From: the human T2T-CHM13v2.0 reference genome, Homo sapiens
DNA length: 64,000 nt
NCBI RefSeq assembly: GCF_009914755.1
Contig: NC_060932.1
Direction: 5' to 3' (one strand)
Within the stretch, counting starts at the first letter, position 1, and each line of letters opens with the position of its first letter. The notes beneath the pieces were generated by a model. The model did not search any database. It was given only the letters and a program-made list of their open reading frames with translations, and had not been told where the DNA came from. Below, piece by piece: positions 43,051 to 56,310 of this stretch. Made by a program: the position numbers and the translations under genes.

Positions 43051-44789
43051 AGGAGAATACAAGAACAGGAGGGAAATGGGAGAATTATTTTCATGTTGCA
43101 AGTTATACCCTTTTTTATCTACTAGCTGAGGTTATCAAGATGAATGGCCTCTTGATAAGTGAAATTAAAATCCTGCCATCCATCCCTTCACTAAGAGAAC
43201 AGTGGTTGTTTTTGCTTAGTCATTATATTATTGATGTATTTGCTGCTGTCCATTCCAGATCATGGCGGGTTAATCCTATGGCGGAGTCTTGAAAGTCATT
43301 CCTGGAGGGCAAGTGTCAACCTATCCTCATTGCAAGTAAGAAAAACCACCCTAGGAGTTGAAGAAATAAGAGAGATTACCAGCAGGTGAACCCATTCACC
43401 ACAGCTAAGAAACTTCTCCTGGGAAGTAAAGTTATTAAAGTTTGATGTACTTGACAATTTGAGGGGGGGGAAAAAGTGCTGCTGTTTCTTGAGGCAGCAA
43501 CAAATCACCACCGCCCGCGGTAATGATAGGCCTTCTCCTCCTCAGAGCTGAGAAAGACAATCACATAAAGAAATGCATCAGCAGAGTGGGTGAGAAAAAA
43601 TGACTCAGGTATTGTATTTTCTGTATGTTGTCAAGAAATGCATCACTCTACCGATGGATCTGATTTAGTAATATTATAGAAAATCATATATGGTTTTGGT
43701 CCCTAACAGAACTATTATTTATCCAGAGCCTACTGTGTAACAGCTATGGTTCATATTACCTCACTCAATTCCTCCACATGTTACTTTATAATTTTATTAA
43801 TAAGTAAACTGTACTCTGGGAGATTTTCATTAACCTACGATCACAAAATTAGTGTTCTTCCTACTAAACTACCCTACTTATGCTTACCTATGCTAAAAGG
43901 TTGTGTTGGTAAACTAAAAATCAAATCCAAAAAAGCCTAGGCTTTCTAACTAATCCTCTTCTCTGCAGGTGGCTGAAAGACCTAGAAGACAAGAATCTTT
44001 TACAATTTACAAGAGGTGGAATATGCAGGAATAACTTCAGTGATAATAAGCAAGATATGTTAAATAGTAAAATCTCAAAATGCTATAGTCAGAAGCAGTA
44101 TTTTAGAATAATCACAAGGAATAAAATGAAGTAGAAAATAAGTTTACATGAATGGGGAGCCATTCATTCAATCCCATCTAGATGCCACTCTTCCTAGAAA
44201 AATGTAGAGCTCAGCCTTCCCATAGCTTCAGCTGTTCACTGTTAACTGGGAACCCCCAAGTGCTGGGAAAAACAGATCCTTTTCCTATCATGTGGTAAGT
44301 AACTAGTGTCAGACATTCTGTAGAGCATACTGGAAGAAGAAAGTCTCTTTTGAAATTGAGGGAATACAGACACTATATCACGATTGAACTGTGAGAAATT
44401 TCAGACCAGACATTTAGTATTCTCTACAACCATCCTAAGTTCAGAATAGATCTAACACAAGAACACAGAGGAGAAATCAGCAGAACATAGACAACAAAGG
44501 TGGAGACAAGTGGTTCAATAAGGCCCGAGTCAGACCTGATGAAGCATCTTTGCTAATGACCTAAAGATAAGTTATTCTGCTTGTTATATATTCATTTATG
44601 TTGTTTGTTGAATATTGACCCATACTAATGGTGACAATGGAATAAATGGAATGTGGGAACTTGTTCATATTGCAAAAGTACTCATTTTCAGTGAGCAACT
44701 TTGGCCACCTTTTACTGAGGAATGAGGGACCTCAGAGTAGACACTTGACTTACCTACTGATTTACACTAGGCCCTTGTCTTATTGCATT

Positions 44790-46060
44790 TTACTTTTCTT
44801 TTTCATCCCCACCCCTGCTCTCATCACCCTCCTTCTCTCCTATAGACACCCACTCTAATGAATTTGATACTTCTTAAATATGCATCAGTGTAAAAATAGT
44901 TTTGTAAGTACATGTGTGTTCAATTTGAATAAAGGTTCTTATGCCTTGTTTCTTCTGCTGCTTTTTACTATTTCTTTTTGTCTTCTTTTTTCACTATGTA
45001 CTGTGCTATTAACATTTCTCTATGTAGCTGTATATATTATTACATGATAGATGCATATATACACATTATAATATTACTGCATAGCATTCCACGGAATGCA
45101 TTATCCTCTTTTCACTTATCCATCCCACTAGTTGTATTAATCTGTTCTCATTCTTCTAATAAAAACACACCCAAGACTGGGTAGTTTATAAAGGAAAGAG
45201 GTTCAATGAACTTCCGCATGGGTGGGGAGTCCTCACCATCATGGTGGAAAATGAAGGAGGAGCAAAGTCCTGTCTTACATGGCAGCAGGCAAGACAGAGC
45301 TTGTGTAGGGGAACTGCCCTTTATAAAGCCATCAGATCTCATGAGACTTAGTCACTACCGTAAGAACAGCATGGGAAAAATCCACTCCCGTGATTCAATT
45401 ACCTCCCACCAGGTCCCTCCCTTGACACATGGGGATTAGTACAATTTAAGGTGTCATTAGGGACACAGAGTCAAACCATATCGCTAGTGATGGATGATTA
45501 GGTTGTCCCACCTACATAAACAGTCTTATATGGATTCACATATAGAAACCTGTGAGTTTCTCCGTGGCAAATACCCAGAAGTGGGATTTCTGAATCTTAA
45601 ATTATATATTAACTTACGTTCAGTAAGTCCTGCCCCAAGCATCTTGTAAATGACTGTATCAATTCCTACTAATGGATACACTTATCCATTCCAACCAGAA
45701 GTGATTCCTGTTTCCCTACATCCTTATCCACTCTTTGTATTGTGCAATTTGTCCATTTTTGCCTGACTTATATATGTTGAATAGTATCTTACCATTTCAA
45801 TTTGCTATAAAATGATTACAAAGGAGGTAGATCTTTCTTTCTACACTTGTTAGCAAATTAATATTTGTTCTTCTTTGAAATTCCTGGTCTTCAACTGTCC
45901 ATTTTTATAGAAGTTTCTGTGCCTTTTTTGCTGAATTGTCTAGAATTTTTATATTCCGTATACTAATGCTTTGTCAGTTTTAAACATCGCAAACGTCTTC
46001 TCCCAGTCTGTGAACTACCTTTTGTTTAACTTATTCTATGAAATCTTTTGTCATATTTCT
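44790..46060 (-). mobile_element. Old L1ME fragment hosting THE1C
   Basis: ATACCCAGAAGTGGGATTTCTG, CAAACGTCTTCTCCCAGTCTGTG. Confidence 0.6.
45133..45483 (-). mobile_element. THE1C MaLR solo LTR
   Basis: TTATAAAGGAAAGAGG, CCATCAGATCTCATGAGAC. Perfect TSD CTAGT at 45128-45132 and 45484-45488. Confidence 0.9.
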
Positions 46061-46848
46061 AAAGTTCTAAGTTAAAAAAAACTAACTATTGTTATATTTT
46101 AGATCAAGGTGACTGCTGACAATTGCAGTAAGGATTTGGTGTTTCGAGTGGGCAGACCAGACAACTGTTTTAGAGTGTGGCCCTAGCTAAATATGTTCCT
46201 GTCTGGCTGCCACATTTAGAAGCACTTGGGAACTTTATTTAATTCACTTAATTTATTTTATGGCTGATGTTCACCTGCCTTCACTTCCCTAAGACAAACT
46301 ATCTTGAAGCCACAGATAAATTAAGCCCATGGTTTATTGGGCACATCATCTCTAAAAATAAACTAAAAGCTGAATTTCTCACTATCTCATCCCCAATCCC
46401 TGCGGCAATAGGGTAGCTCCTTGCTCAGATGGCTTCCATTTCTTCAACTTATATTTTATCTTTCATGATGATTGTGCTGTAAAAATCATTATGTCTCTCC
46501 TTATGCATCACAAGAATGTGCATCTTAACAGTTCTCGTTCCATCAACCTCTCTGTATGGATGTGTCATAGATGCTTGACCTTCTAACCTCAAGTTGCTAC
46601 AGAATTCCCATACATTTTCTTCATCCGCAGAAGCTCCTTATGTCATGGATGGATCTCAATCCCATGTCTTTCATTGCCAAACATATATGTTTACCACCAT
46701 ATTATACTATCTTCACTCATCAAGGCTGACTTGAATCATTCAAAAACGGTTAAATAGCACCTTAACATAGGAACTGCCGTCTGGACCAGACAATTGCGCT
46801 GTGAGAAAAAGTATGAGTTATACTAAGCTGTAAAAAAAACTATTTTTT

Positions 46849-47142
<294 letters not shown>

Positions 47143-47339
47143 CTATTTTTAAAATTCCTACAACCAGCTATTTCTGATTCTCATTTAGTGTTTCTTATTT
47201 AGTAAAATGTGATGACTCCACATGGCATCTGCATATTCTATTGCCTCTTTTATCACAGAACGGTGAGCATCACTTTTGAGCTACACAGCTGAACGCACTT
47301 AACAGGTGTATACCCCAGTGCCCTCCAGTCCTTTTATCC

Positions 47340-47832
47340 TGAGAGACAGAAAACCATCAGGGGCTAGCCTGATACAGCTAGCCATTAGCGTTCTCCTTTC
47401 AAACGCACGATTTCTTAGAACATGAACATCAGACAAGTCCACTCTGCAACCACAATGGATCAAGACAAAAACAAAATCCCTCATAATCATGTTTGAACAG
47501 TTAACGGACATTGTCCAACACACAAAATGCCAAACATCCCCTTCTCCTAGTTAATATATGACTATTGCTTCTTTGCCATTAATAGCTTTAGCTGTTTAGC
47601 AGTCTGCCCTGCCTAGTGAAGTTATTAAAATACCCAGTCTCTGCTTCCTAGCAGCATCAAATCCAGAGCAAAGCTCTGCTTCCATAAGCCTTCCCCAAGA
47701 TCACCTAACCCAAGCACAAATCTTAGACAAATTATTTGTGGTATGTGTTCTTCCTCACTGCGAGGAGTAATAAGCCCAACTTGTTCAACTACAGGTGTGC
47801 TCCTCGTGGTCTTTGGCTCAAAGACATTGCCA
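47340..47832 (+). mobile_element. Old ERVL-class solo LTR, same family as 25799-26281
   Basis: TGAGA...GCCA termini; AACATCAGACAAG; TTGTTCAACTACAGGTGTG. Confidence 0.65.
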
Positions 47833-47859
47833 ATTTCATTAAACCCATGAAATAATACA

Positions 47860-48200
47860 TAGCATAGTAATAAAAGCAGAGGCTTTAGAATTCTGACTCT
47901 ACTACCCATTGGTATTATGGCTATGAAAATGTTAATTACTCCAAATCTCCTATTTTCTCTTCCATAAATTAGATAACCAAGATTCCTCAACAAGCCCATG
48001 CAAATATACCTCATAGGGTTTCTGTGAGCAGGACTTCCATGAACAGTCAAGCATACTGGGCACTGCACAACTCCAGAGAACATTCATACACACTGAAATT
48101 GTTCACATGGCAGTCCTGGCTATGAAATAATGCATGTCAAGTGCTTGGCACCATGTATGCCACCTTTGAAAGACTCAATAAGTAACAGCTATAATTGCTA
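47860..48200 (+). mobile_element. MIR fragments
   Basis: TACCTCATAGGGTTTCTGTGAG; CTCAATAAGTAACAGCTAT. Confidence 0.6.
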
Positions 48201-48524
48201 AGCATGCTTAAGCCTGTAACTGAGTCAGCATTGTCTTGAGTATTAATGTTGCCTTTCTGGCTGAGCAAGTGGCTGCCTCCATAATGTGATTAGATCAGTA
48301 AAGCCAATTTGAAAAAGGTGCCAGGAACACCATCTGCCATAGATCACCCCCAATGGACTGTGAAATGTCTGGCATTCTACCATCCCAGGCTCTGTGTGCT
48401 AAAAGCTGGTCCCTTCTCCTTGGTGATCGGAAGTCACAGGAATGATAGTGCTGGTGAGGCATCTCCGATTTACAAAGCTTTGCCTTTCCTTATTTCTTCT
48501 GGTCCTCATAAAACCTTGTCAGAA

Positions 48525-48685
48525 TAAGTGTTTAGGAAATATTATTAGGATGCCTATTTTATAGATGATAAAGATATGTTCAGAGAAGTGACTCATCCAA
48601 ACACATGTCAACTAAGGTGCAGGGGCATGATACCAGCCCAGGTCTTCTGACTCCAAACCAGTGCTCATTTCATCAAGACACACTG
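48525..48685 (-). mobile_element. MIR
   Basis: ATTTTATAGATGA...CCCAGGTCTTCTGACTCCAAA. Confidence 0.65.
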
Positions 48686-49149
48686 ACTCTCAGTGCAGGG
48701 AAAATCCGGTTACAGGTGCCAAGCATCTGAAATGCTAGGGAAAAACTAGGAGAGGGCCCTTGCTGATGGCAAAGCCTATTCTATTCATGCTGTGTCCTTG
48801 GAGCAAATGAAGAAGACACTGGCACACCATACGAGGTCATTTGGGGTCCTAGTCTAACATCTGTCATAGGGACTATGTTATCTCCCAGCTCTGTATGTGA
48901 AGATCTAATGATATTGTTTTGAAAAACATCATCACCCAAACAGTGTGCTTAGTACCCTCATCAATTGTGTCTCCTTTGCTGGCACACTTGAGTTCCCAAG
49001 TAAATTCTCTCCAGGCTCCACTACCAAAGGGGTGAAGGGGACAAGAAAGCTAATGCACAGCCAGCACTTGCTACAGAGACAAGTACAGCAAGAAAAGCAT
49101 GTTAAGATGTACTAGCCACACATTTATTTTGTCAAGAATTACCTCATTC

Positions 49150-49453
49150 GAGTAGGCACGGTGGCTCACGCCTGTAATCCCAGCACCTTGGGAGGCCGAG
49201 GCTAGAAGATTGAGTGAGTCCTGGAGTTCCAGACCAACCTGGGCAACGTAGTGAAACCCCGTCTCTACAAAAAAAAAAAAAAAATTAAAACTAGCTGGGT
49301 GTGGTGGCTCATACCTGTAATCCTAGCACTTTGGGAGGCTGGCACGAGAGAATTGCTTTAGTTCAGGAGTTCAAGGCTGCAGTGAGCTACGACAGTGCTA
49401 CCGTACTCCAGCCTGAGTGACAGAGCAAGAGCCTGTATTAAAAAGAAAAAAAG
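49150..49453 (+). mobile_element. AluJ with a left-arm-like start to the right arm
   Basis: Dimer. Right arm reads GGCTCATACCTGTAATCCTAGCACTTTGGGAGG, then GGAGTTCAAGGCTGCAGTGAGCTA. Confidence 0.9.
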
Positions 49454-49470
49454 AAAATTTATCTCATTCA

Positions 49471-49670
49471 CAGGAACAATAGACACTGGGGACTCCAAAA
49501 GGGAGGAGAGAGGAAGGGAAACAAGCATTGAAAAACTTCCTATTGGGTACTGTCTTCACCGTTTGGGGATCAACTGAAGCCCAAACCTCAGCATCAAGCA
49601 ATATACCCTTGTAACAAAAATGCACATGTACCCCTTGAATATAAAATAAAATACTTACATATACATATAA
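49471..49670 (+). mobile_element. L1PB4/L1PA16-like 3' end
   Basis: ATAGACACTGGGGACTCCAAAAG...CCCAAACCTCAGCATCA...CACATGTACCCC. Confidence 0.82.
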
Positions 49671-49840
49671 AGGAATTACCTCATTCAATTCTCACAGTAA
49701 ACCCTATGAGGTCAACACGATTTCCGTCATGTAACGAACGAGGAACTGAGGTTCAGAGATCTCAGGGAACTTGGCCAGGCTCACAGTGTACGTGGGGAAG
49801 CTGGGGTTTTAAGGCAGCCTTCTGCTACTTTACACTCTAG
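49671..49840 (-). mobile_element. MIR (host of the Alu and L1)
   Basis: CTCATTCAATTCTCACAGTAACCCTATGAGG...GAGGAACTGAGGTTCAGAGA. Confidence 0.7.
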
Positions 49841-50079
49841 GCACTTTGCATTTGCCACGTGGCCTCTCACCTGTGCGAAGGAGCCAAAACATGTTCAGCT
49901 GGTTTGGAGGGGAGCGCTAGGAGCTGACAATCGTACATTGCATTAACTTTTCTTCTTCCAAATGTCTCTTCCAAAAGTATTTTATTTGCTGGTAGTGTCA
50001 GTGCCCTTATTAAAGGTAGTGGCTGGTGATGGGAATTGTAAGCAGGCCAGTGGGAAGAGCAAGGACAGACCCTGAGCTG

Positions 50080-50255
50080 AAACCACCCAGCAAAGCAGCT
50101 TCCAGATTCCTAACCCTTAGAAATTATGTGATCCTGGTGCAAATCCTATTTGTTAAAAAGGAAATAAAAAGAAAGAATCTGAGATAATAAGCCTTTATTG
50201 TTTTAAGCTGCTAAATTTGGAGGTAATTTGCCACACAGCAGTAGATAACTAATAC
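50080..50255 (+). mobile_element. MLT1 (F/H-like) LTR 3' fragment
   Basis: TTGTTTTAAGCTGCTAAATTTGG...GCAGTAGATAACTAATACA. Confidence 0.7.
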
Positions 50256-50710
50256 AGAGAGATAACTAATGTAGGGGATAAAGGACCTGCCCAAAGTCAT
50301 CCACAGATTAGCAACAGTGTCAAGAAAAGGAAAATTAGAATAAAATGTTAAATAAATAAAATAAAGTGACCCAAGATGACTATAGGTGAGACATATGGGT
50401 AATAAAAACTAGGCCTATAAATTAAATCTGAACTCTCATCTGCAAAGCAAGAGTTTGTCAAATATTTTATCGACAGATACTGATTATAATTTTGTTCATT
50501 AGAACATAAAGGCAAGATAAAATCAATCATCCCTCTCTAGACCCTAACACATCTACATGCTCATTAACCTATATGTGCTGACCATGTATTTGTTTTGTCT
50601 TATATCTAACGTCACTGTGCACCAATCAAAATTATAAAAATATCACCTTTACTTCACTACCCCCATTCTTCCATTTTCTATGAACAAAACGTATAAAGAC
50701 CACGTCTTAT

Positions 50711-50852
50711 GGCTAGACACAGTGGTTCATGCCTCTAATCCCAACACTTTGAGAGGCCAAAGCAGGGGGATTGCTTGAGGCCAGGAGTTGGAGACCAGCC
50801 TGGGCAGCAAAGTGAGACCCTCATCTCTACAAAAAAATTTACCAAAAAAAAT

Positions 50853-50901
<49 letters not shown>

Positions 50902-51068
50902 CCAGGCATGGTGGTGCACACCTGTAGCCCTAGCTACTCAGGAGGCTGAGATGAGAGGATTGCTTGAGCCTAGGAGGCTGAGGCTGCAGTGAGCTGTAAT
51001 TGCATCAGTGCACTCCAACCTGAGCAACAGAGACCCCATGTTATAAAAAAAAAATTAAAATTAAAAAA
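50711..51068 (+). mobile_element. AluJ with (TA)22 in the middle A-rich linker
   Basis: GCTTGAGGCCAGGAG, GGCTGCAGTGAGCTG; degenerate TSD AC(C/T)A(C/T)GTCTT. Confidence 0.92.
50857..50900. repeat. (TA)22 microsatellite
   Basis: Pure dinucleotide run. Confidence 0.97.
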
Positions 51069-52799
51069 ATACTATGTCTTGTATAGGTCACTCTGGGACA
51101 CATTCTTAGTTTGTGCTGAGTCCGTATTTCCTGGGCTGTTAGTACTCCACCTTGGCTCAAAATAAAAAGAACTTTAAAATTATGTAAGTTATACTACCTG
51201 TTATTTAACCTTTCAGTGGACAACAGTAAGGACAAAATGTCAAGCCCATCACTCTGGGTAAGGAGCTCTTTTGAACCACCCCCAGTCGCGTCCATGGAAT
51301 GTCCAGGTTTCCCCTCCTACATTTCTTTTTTCACTTCACTTTGGAATGGACAAGGTCTTCTCCAAGTAGAGGGAACAGAGACTGATGGTGTGAAGCATGG
51401 TGGGGGCTGCGCTGTGGGATAGCATGGAGAGACGGGGTGTGTTAAAATATGAGAGACACCTTTGTTTTACATTCATCTCTGATTTGTATTTTCTGAAATT
51501 TAGCCCATTTCTCAGAAGAAAGAACAGATGGAGGATCATTAGAATAAAATATGCAAAGATGGAGAAAAGAGAAAACCACATCTGCAGATTGTAGAACCAT
51601 GGCTGGCCACTAATGAATTTGATTTTTCAAAGCAACTTACAACTTGATTGAAAAGCAGTGTTCTTAGAAAACTCATCTTCTGATTATACCTCAATTCCCA
51701 GGTCCTTATAATATAGTGTATCTTTATTACAGACCCATTAGTCAAGCCTCTATTAAATGTAGAGCTATCTGCATTAGGTACTGGTTTAATTTGTCAGGGT
51801 CTTAAAAAGAATAATTCTATTAAATATTCCATTATGTAAATCACGTGAAGAAATTTATTTGCAATAGCCAAAAGCAGCTAGAGGTAACTAAGACCACGTA
51901 AGAAGGCTCTGCAAGGTATCTACTACCTTGAGCATGTCTTTCATTGTATCCATATTGAGAACTGCAAGTCATTGTCTGTCTTTACCAGAGACAACATTAA
52001 CATGCAGCCATTTCTTAGAGGAAATAGGGTAGTAACCAGGAGTATTTGGATAATATAAATTTGCATCTGTAAAGCATCTCCCTAGAAATTATTGATTTTC
52101 TCTTCCCCGAAAAGCCTATTAAAAGGAAACATCTTTTCTAATGCTTTCCAGGGGGCCTCCAGGAAATCATTACCGGTAGAGACTGTTGTTTTATGGGTCT
52201 TTGGATGGGAGCTTTAAATATGAACATGAAATGTGAAAAGGAAGGATGTGATACACAGACTCCTGCTGAGAGCTGGCTTTTATTCATTGCCTGTCCTCTC
52301 GTTTATTTCTCCAGGCAATTAGCCCAGGCTGTCACTCTGGGAACCATCCTTTGAAAGACTACTCCTCCTGGAGAAATTTTTACAGAGTCAAAAGCTGGAT
52401 TTAATTCCCGCTCCTCACCTGCACTCTCCACCCCCAACCCTACCCTTTCCACCTCTTCCCACAAGCCTCCTCCTTCCTGCCACGAGCCTCTCACCAGAGT
52501 TCTCACTCTCTGGTGTCCGGGCTAAAGCTTGGCACTCGCTGGGACTGGCTGCAGCATGACAGCCCTCAGAGGGAGACCAGGAGCCAAGGCCAGGAACAGT
52601 CTGGAATGCCTGGGAGGCAGAGACCGTCTCTGCCTGAGATGGGCAGGTGGGACAAAGCATGGTACCCAAAGGTGTAGCTTCATCAGAAATGGTTTAGGCA
52701 GGCACTGCAGGCCCAAACACAGTACAAGGAACTCCCCAGCAACCTTCAAGTGGGAAAACACAGTCTTAGGAATGATGGTTTGATGGCAAAAATGAGGAG

Positions 52800-53005
52800 G
52801 ATAAAAGCAGCTGTGTTCTACTGATCACTGACCGTGCGCATTTACTCTTTCAGTGAATCCCTACAATTCTGGGAGGTAGGCACGATTAACCTAATTTACC
52901 AATGATGGGTACAATTTGCCCTGGATCACAGATTTATGAATAGCAGAACTGGCGTTCAAATCCAAGTGCAACGGACTCCAGAGCCCTCACTCTAAGCCAC
53001 TGACC
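52800..53005 (-). mobile_element. MIR
   Basis: GGGAGGTAGG...GCAGAACTGGCGTTCAAATCCAAG...GACTCCAGAGCCC. Confidence 0.7.
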
Positions 53006-53159
53006 TCCTCTAAGAGGTCATATTTAACCAGCTTTGCTTTTGCTCACCATCATATTCACAGGAACATCAGCCTCTTTCAAAGCCTCAAGACTTACAGATG
53101 GGTTTAAGCATTGTCTATTGTGAGTCCTCTCAATAACCTTGAGGTGCAGTCAGAGGGAA

Positions 53160-53780
53160 CATGTTTAATTGAATATTTAGTTTCAAAGCATTCACTTTGT
53201 GTCAGGAACTGCTCTAGTAGATGAAAATAAAGATCAGAGGAGAAGCTAGGACAGTGGGGCAGTGGACAATAAGCCAACTGTCACAAAAGTAAAGATAAAG
53301 TGCCATCTGGGATAAGGCCATGGAGACGTATTCAGTGTCATGAGAGATGACAACAGAAATGTAATATATATGAGGTAGTCTGGAGAGGCCTCTCCAAGAA
53401 CAGAAGGGTGAGCAGCAGTTAGGAGTTAACCAGGAAGGGTGGGAGCAAGGGCACTCCAGGCTAAGGGAGCAGCACGTGTGAAGGCCCTGAGGAGGGCAGG
53501 AGACTAAAGCACTTGAGGACCTAAAAGGTGGCCCGAGTGGCAAGCAGGGGAAACAGCAGGTGATGGGCTGGCCAGGGGGCAGGAGGAGGATCATTTAGCA
53601 TTTTGAGGGATTCCTGTTCACCTCCCAGGTGAAATAGGAAGCCATTGAAAGACCTGGTATGGGAGACACATTGTTGGAAGCTCACAGGGGCTGTTATAAG
53701 GATTGGGATAAGAGCGAGGTCATTAGGAAGGCTATTAGAGTGGCATGGAAGAGACATACAGGAAGGTGGTTTATACTGGG
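53160..53780 (-). mobile_element. L2 3' fragment
   Basis: CACTCCAGGCTAAGGGAGCAGCACGTGTGAAGGCCCTGAGG; GGAAGCCATTGAA. Confidence 0.7.
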
Positions 53781-53815
53781 GAATGGTGTTTAAAAAAAAA
53801 AAAAAAGAGAGAGAG

Positions 53816-54540
<725 letters not shown>

Positions 54541-54688
54541 GGAAGTAAAGATGTGAAGTATAACTTCGGAGTTTCTCTCAGGAGTGACTTGGTCAATGGA
54601 CGTGCTCAACTCCTAAATTGGGAAGAATTGAGGAGAAGCAGGATTGGGTCCAATTTACGGCATGTTACATTTGAAATACCAATCAGTG

Positions 54689-55331
54689 TGAAACCAACGG
54701 GTTAATTTGATCAGGGCTGCCTGCCTGCTTGCTTTTGGTTGCTTGTTTTTCATTATTTTTTTCTTCATTTTTCTGTGAAGCTGAAGGCTGTAGCAGCTAA
54801 AGGCCACACCACTGAACACTGAAACTTAACCTTCACTGGCTACTGTATAGATAACATCCATAGGTCGCCATGGCAACAGTAGATTCAGTTGTTTTTCAGG
54901 AACTTGGGCCACCTCCTATCTCATTCAAACTGGTTGAGACCACTAACCCTTCAACTGGGCCTGCGCAAGTACCCGAGAGGTGGCCTTTTGACATCAGAGG
55001 GCAAAAAACTCCTCCAGATCATGCTAACACCACCATTTCCTGTGCATATGTCCTATGAAATGCCATGAACTCTGACTACACTCGTGTAGAATGAATTGGT
55101 TACTTCATTTGCCCCCACTACCAACCACCTCTTCCCATCCCTTAGACCACCCACTCCCCTAAACTGTCAATATCCCTAAGCCTTATCTTCACAAAGACAG
55201 ATTTGACAGCTGTTTTCTCACCTCTTTTCTTGGTGGCCTTACAGATAAAGCTTTCCTCTTTTGCAAAACCTATGCCACAGTGATTGATTCACTCCATTTG
55301 GGCAGAATGGACCTGGACCTGGCCAGTAACA
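54689..55331 (+). mobile_element. ERV1 MER4-group solo LTR (family uncertain) inserted in an L2
   Basis: TG...GTAACA termini; near-TSD AGTG/AATG; GGGCCTGCGCAAG, GATCATGCTAAC, ACAGATTTGA. Confidence 0.7.
54864..54877. promoter_or_regulatory. RFX X-box motif within the LTR
   Basis: GTCGCCATGGCAAC matches the palindromic GTTGCCATGGCAAC at 13/14 positions. Confidence 0.5.
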
Positions 55332-55944
55332 AATGTAGATGTCCAACTGGTAATTGATAGGAAGGTATTAAGCAAAAAAGAAAATTCTCAGCCAGAGATA
55401 TACATTTAAACTCAACGAAGTCAATGAGATCATTTAAGGAGAGAGATTATTTGCCAAAAACAATTTTCAATAAATTGTAATGCAATCAGAAAACATGCTT
55501 TTTGAGTGAAAGACAAAATATGCAGAATTATATATATGTGGCAAAGTATTTACATATAAAACATATGTGAATATAAATCTGCAAGCAAATTAATTCTGAT
55601 ATATATAAGAAGACAGGAAATTGACAAATATTGATAGTGTCTATCTCACAGCCACTTTTCGCTTATCCTTATGCTTTTCAGAATTTTCAAAATTTTTATC
55701 ATTGGGTATGCATTTTTAATAAAATTGTTTTAAAATACAAACTATTAAGAAATTTAATATGACTGAAATATGGAATATAGAAAAAGAAGACTGGAAAAAA
55801 ATGAAGCTAAATGGTAGTTATTGAGCCTAGTCTAAATTGCCAAACAAAGCAATTTGGTTTTCATTCTATATGCAACAGGGAATCCTAATGGCCTTGAAAA
55901 AAAAATGGACGTGGACTGATTATACCATGGAATTTAGTAATAGC

Positions 55945-56310
55945 TGTTTTTTTTGACTGAAGAAGTAATATAACCTCATTATAGAAAAAAAAATGGACCC
56001 ACAGGAAATTAGAGATCCACTGTTAACATTTTTTAGTATTTCCTTCCAACACTATTTTTGTGCCTATTTTGTACAGGTTAGCTCAATTTTTAAACAGCTT
56101 CCTTTTTTAATTTACCATGATACGAAAAACTTATCACCATGAATTTGAACATCCCTCAAAGTATAATTTTATTGACTAATAACTGGCCATACCATGGAGA
56201 TAACATTATTCACTTACCTGTTCCTCTATGTTTGAATACATTTTTTCATTTTCATTTTTAAGTAAATTATCAATAATGCAGTTATCAACATCTTTGTTCG
56301 AGAATTTCTA
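55945..56310 (-). mobile_element. Old L1ME 3' fragment
   Basis: CCACTGTTAACATTTT, ATAATGCAGTTATCAACATCTTTGT. Confidence 0.5.

Larger units (their letters stand above)
50346..51222 (+). mobile_element. ERV1 MER4-group LTR, interrupted by an Alu
   Basis: TGTTAAA start; CCTTGGCTCAAAATAAA poly-A signal; TTTCAGTGGACA end. Confidence 0.55.

Noticed and set aside
46380-46830. Non-repetitive stretch as a processed pseudogene
   Set aside because: The minus-strand frames I translated are short and unrecognised, the ORF track shows nothing of 60 aa or more on either strand, and I see no poly-A or TSD.
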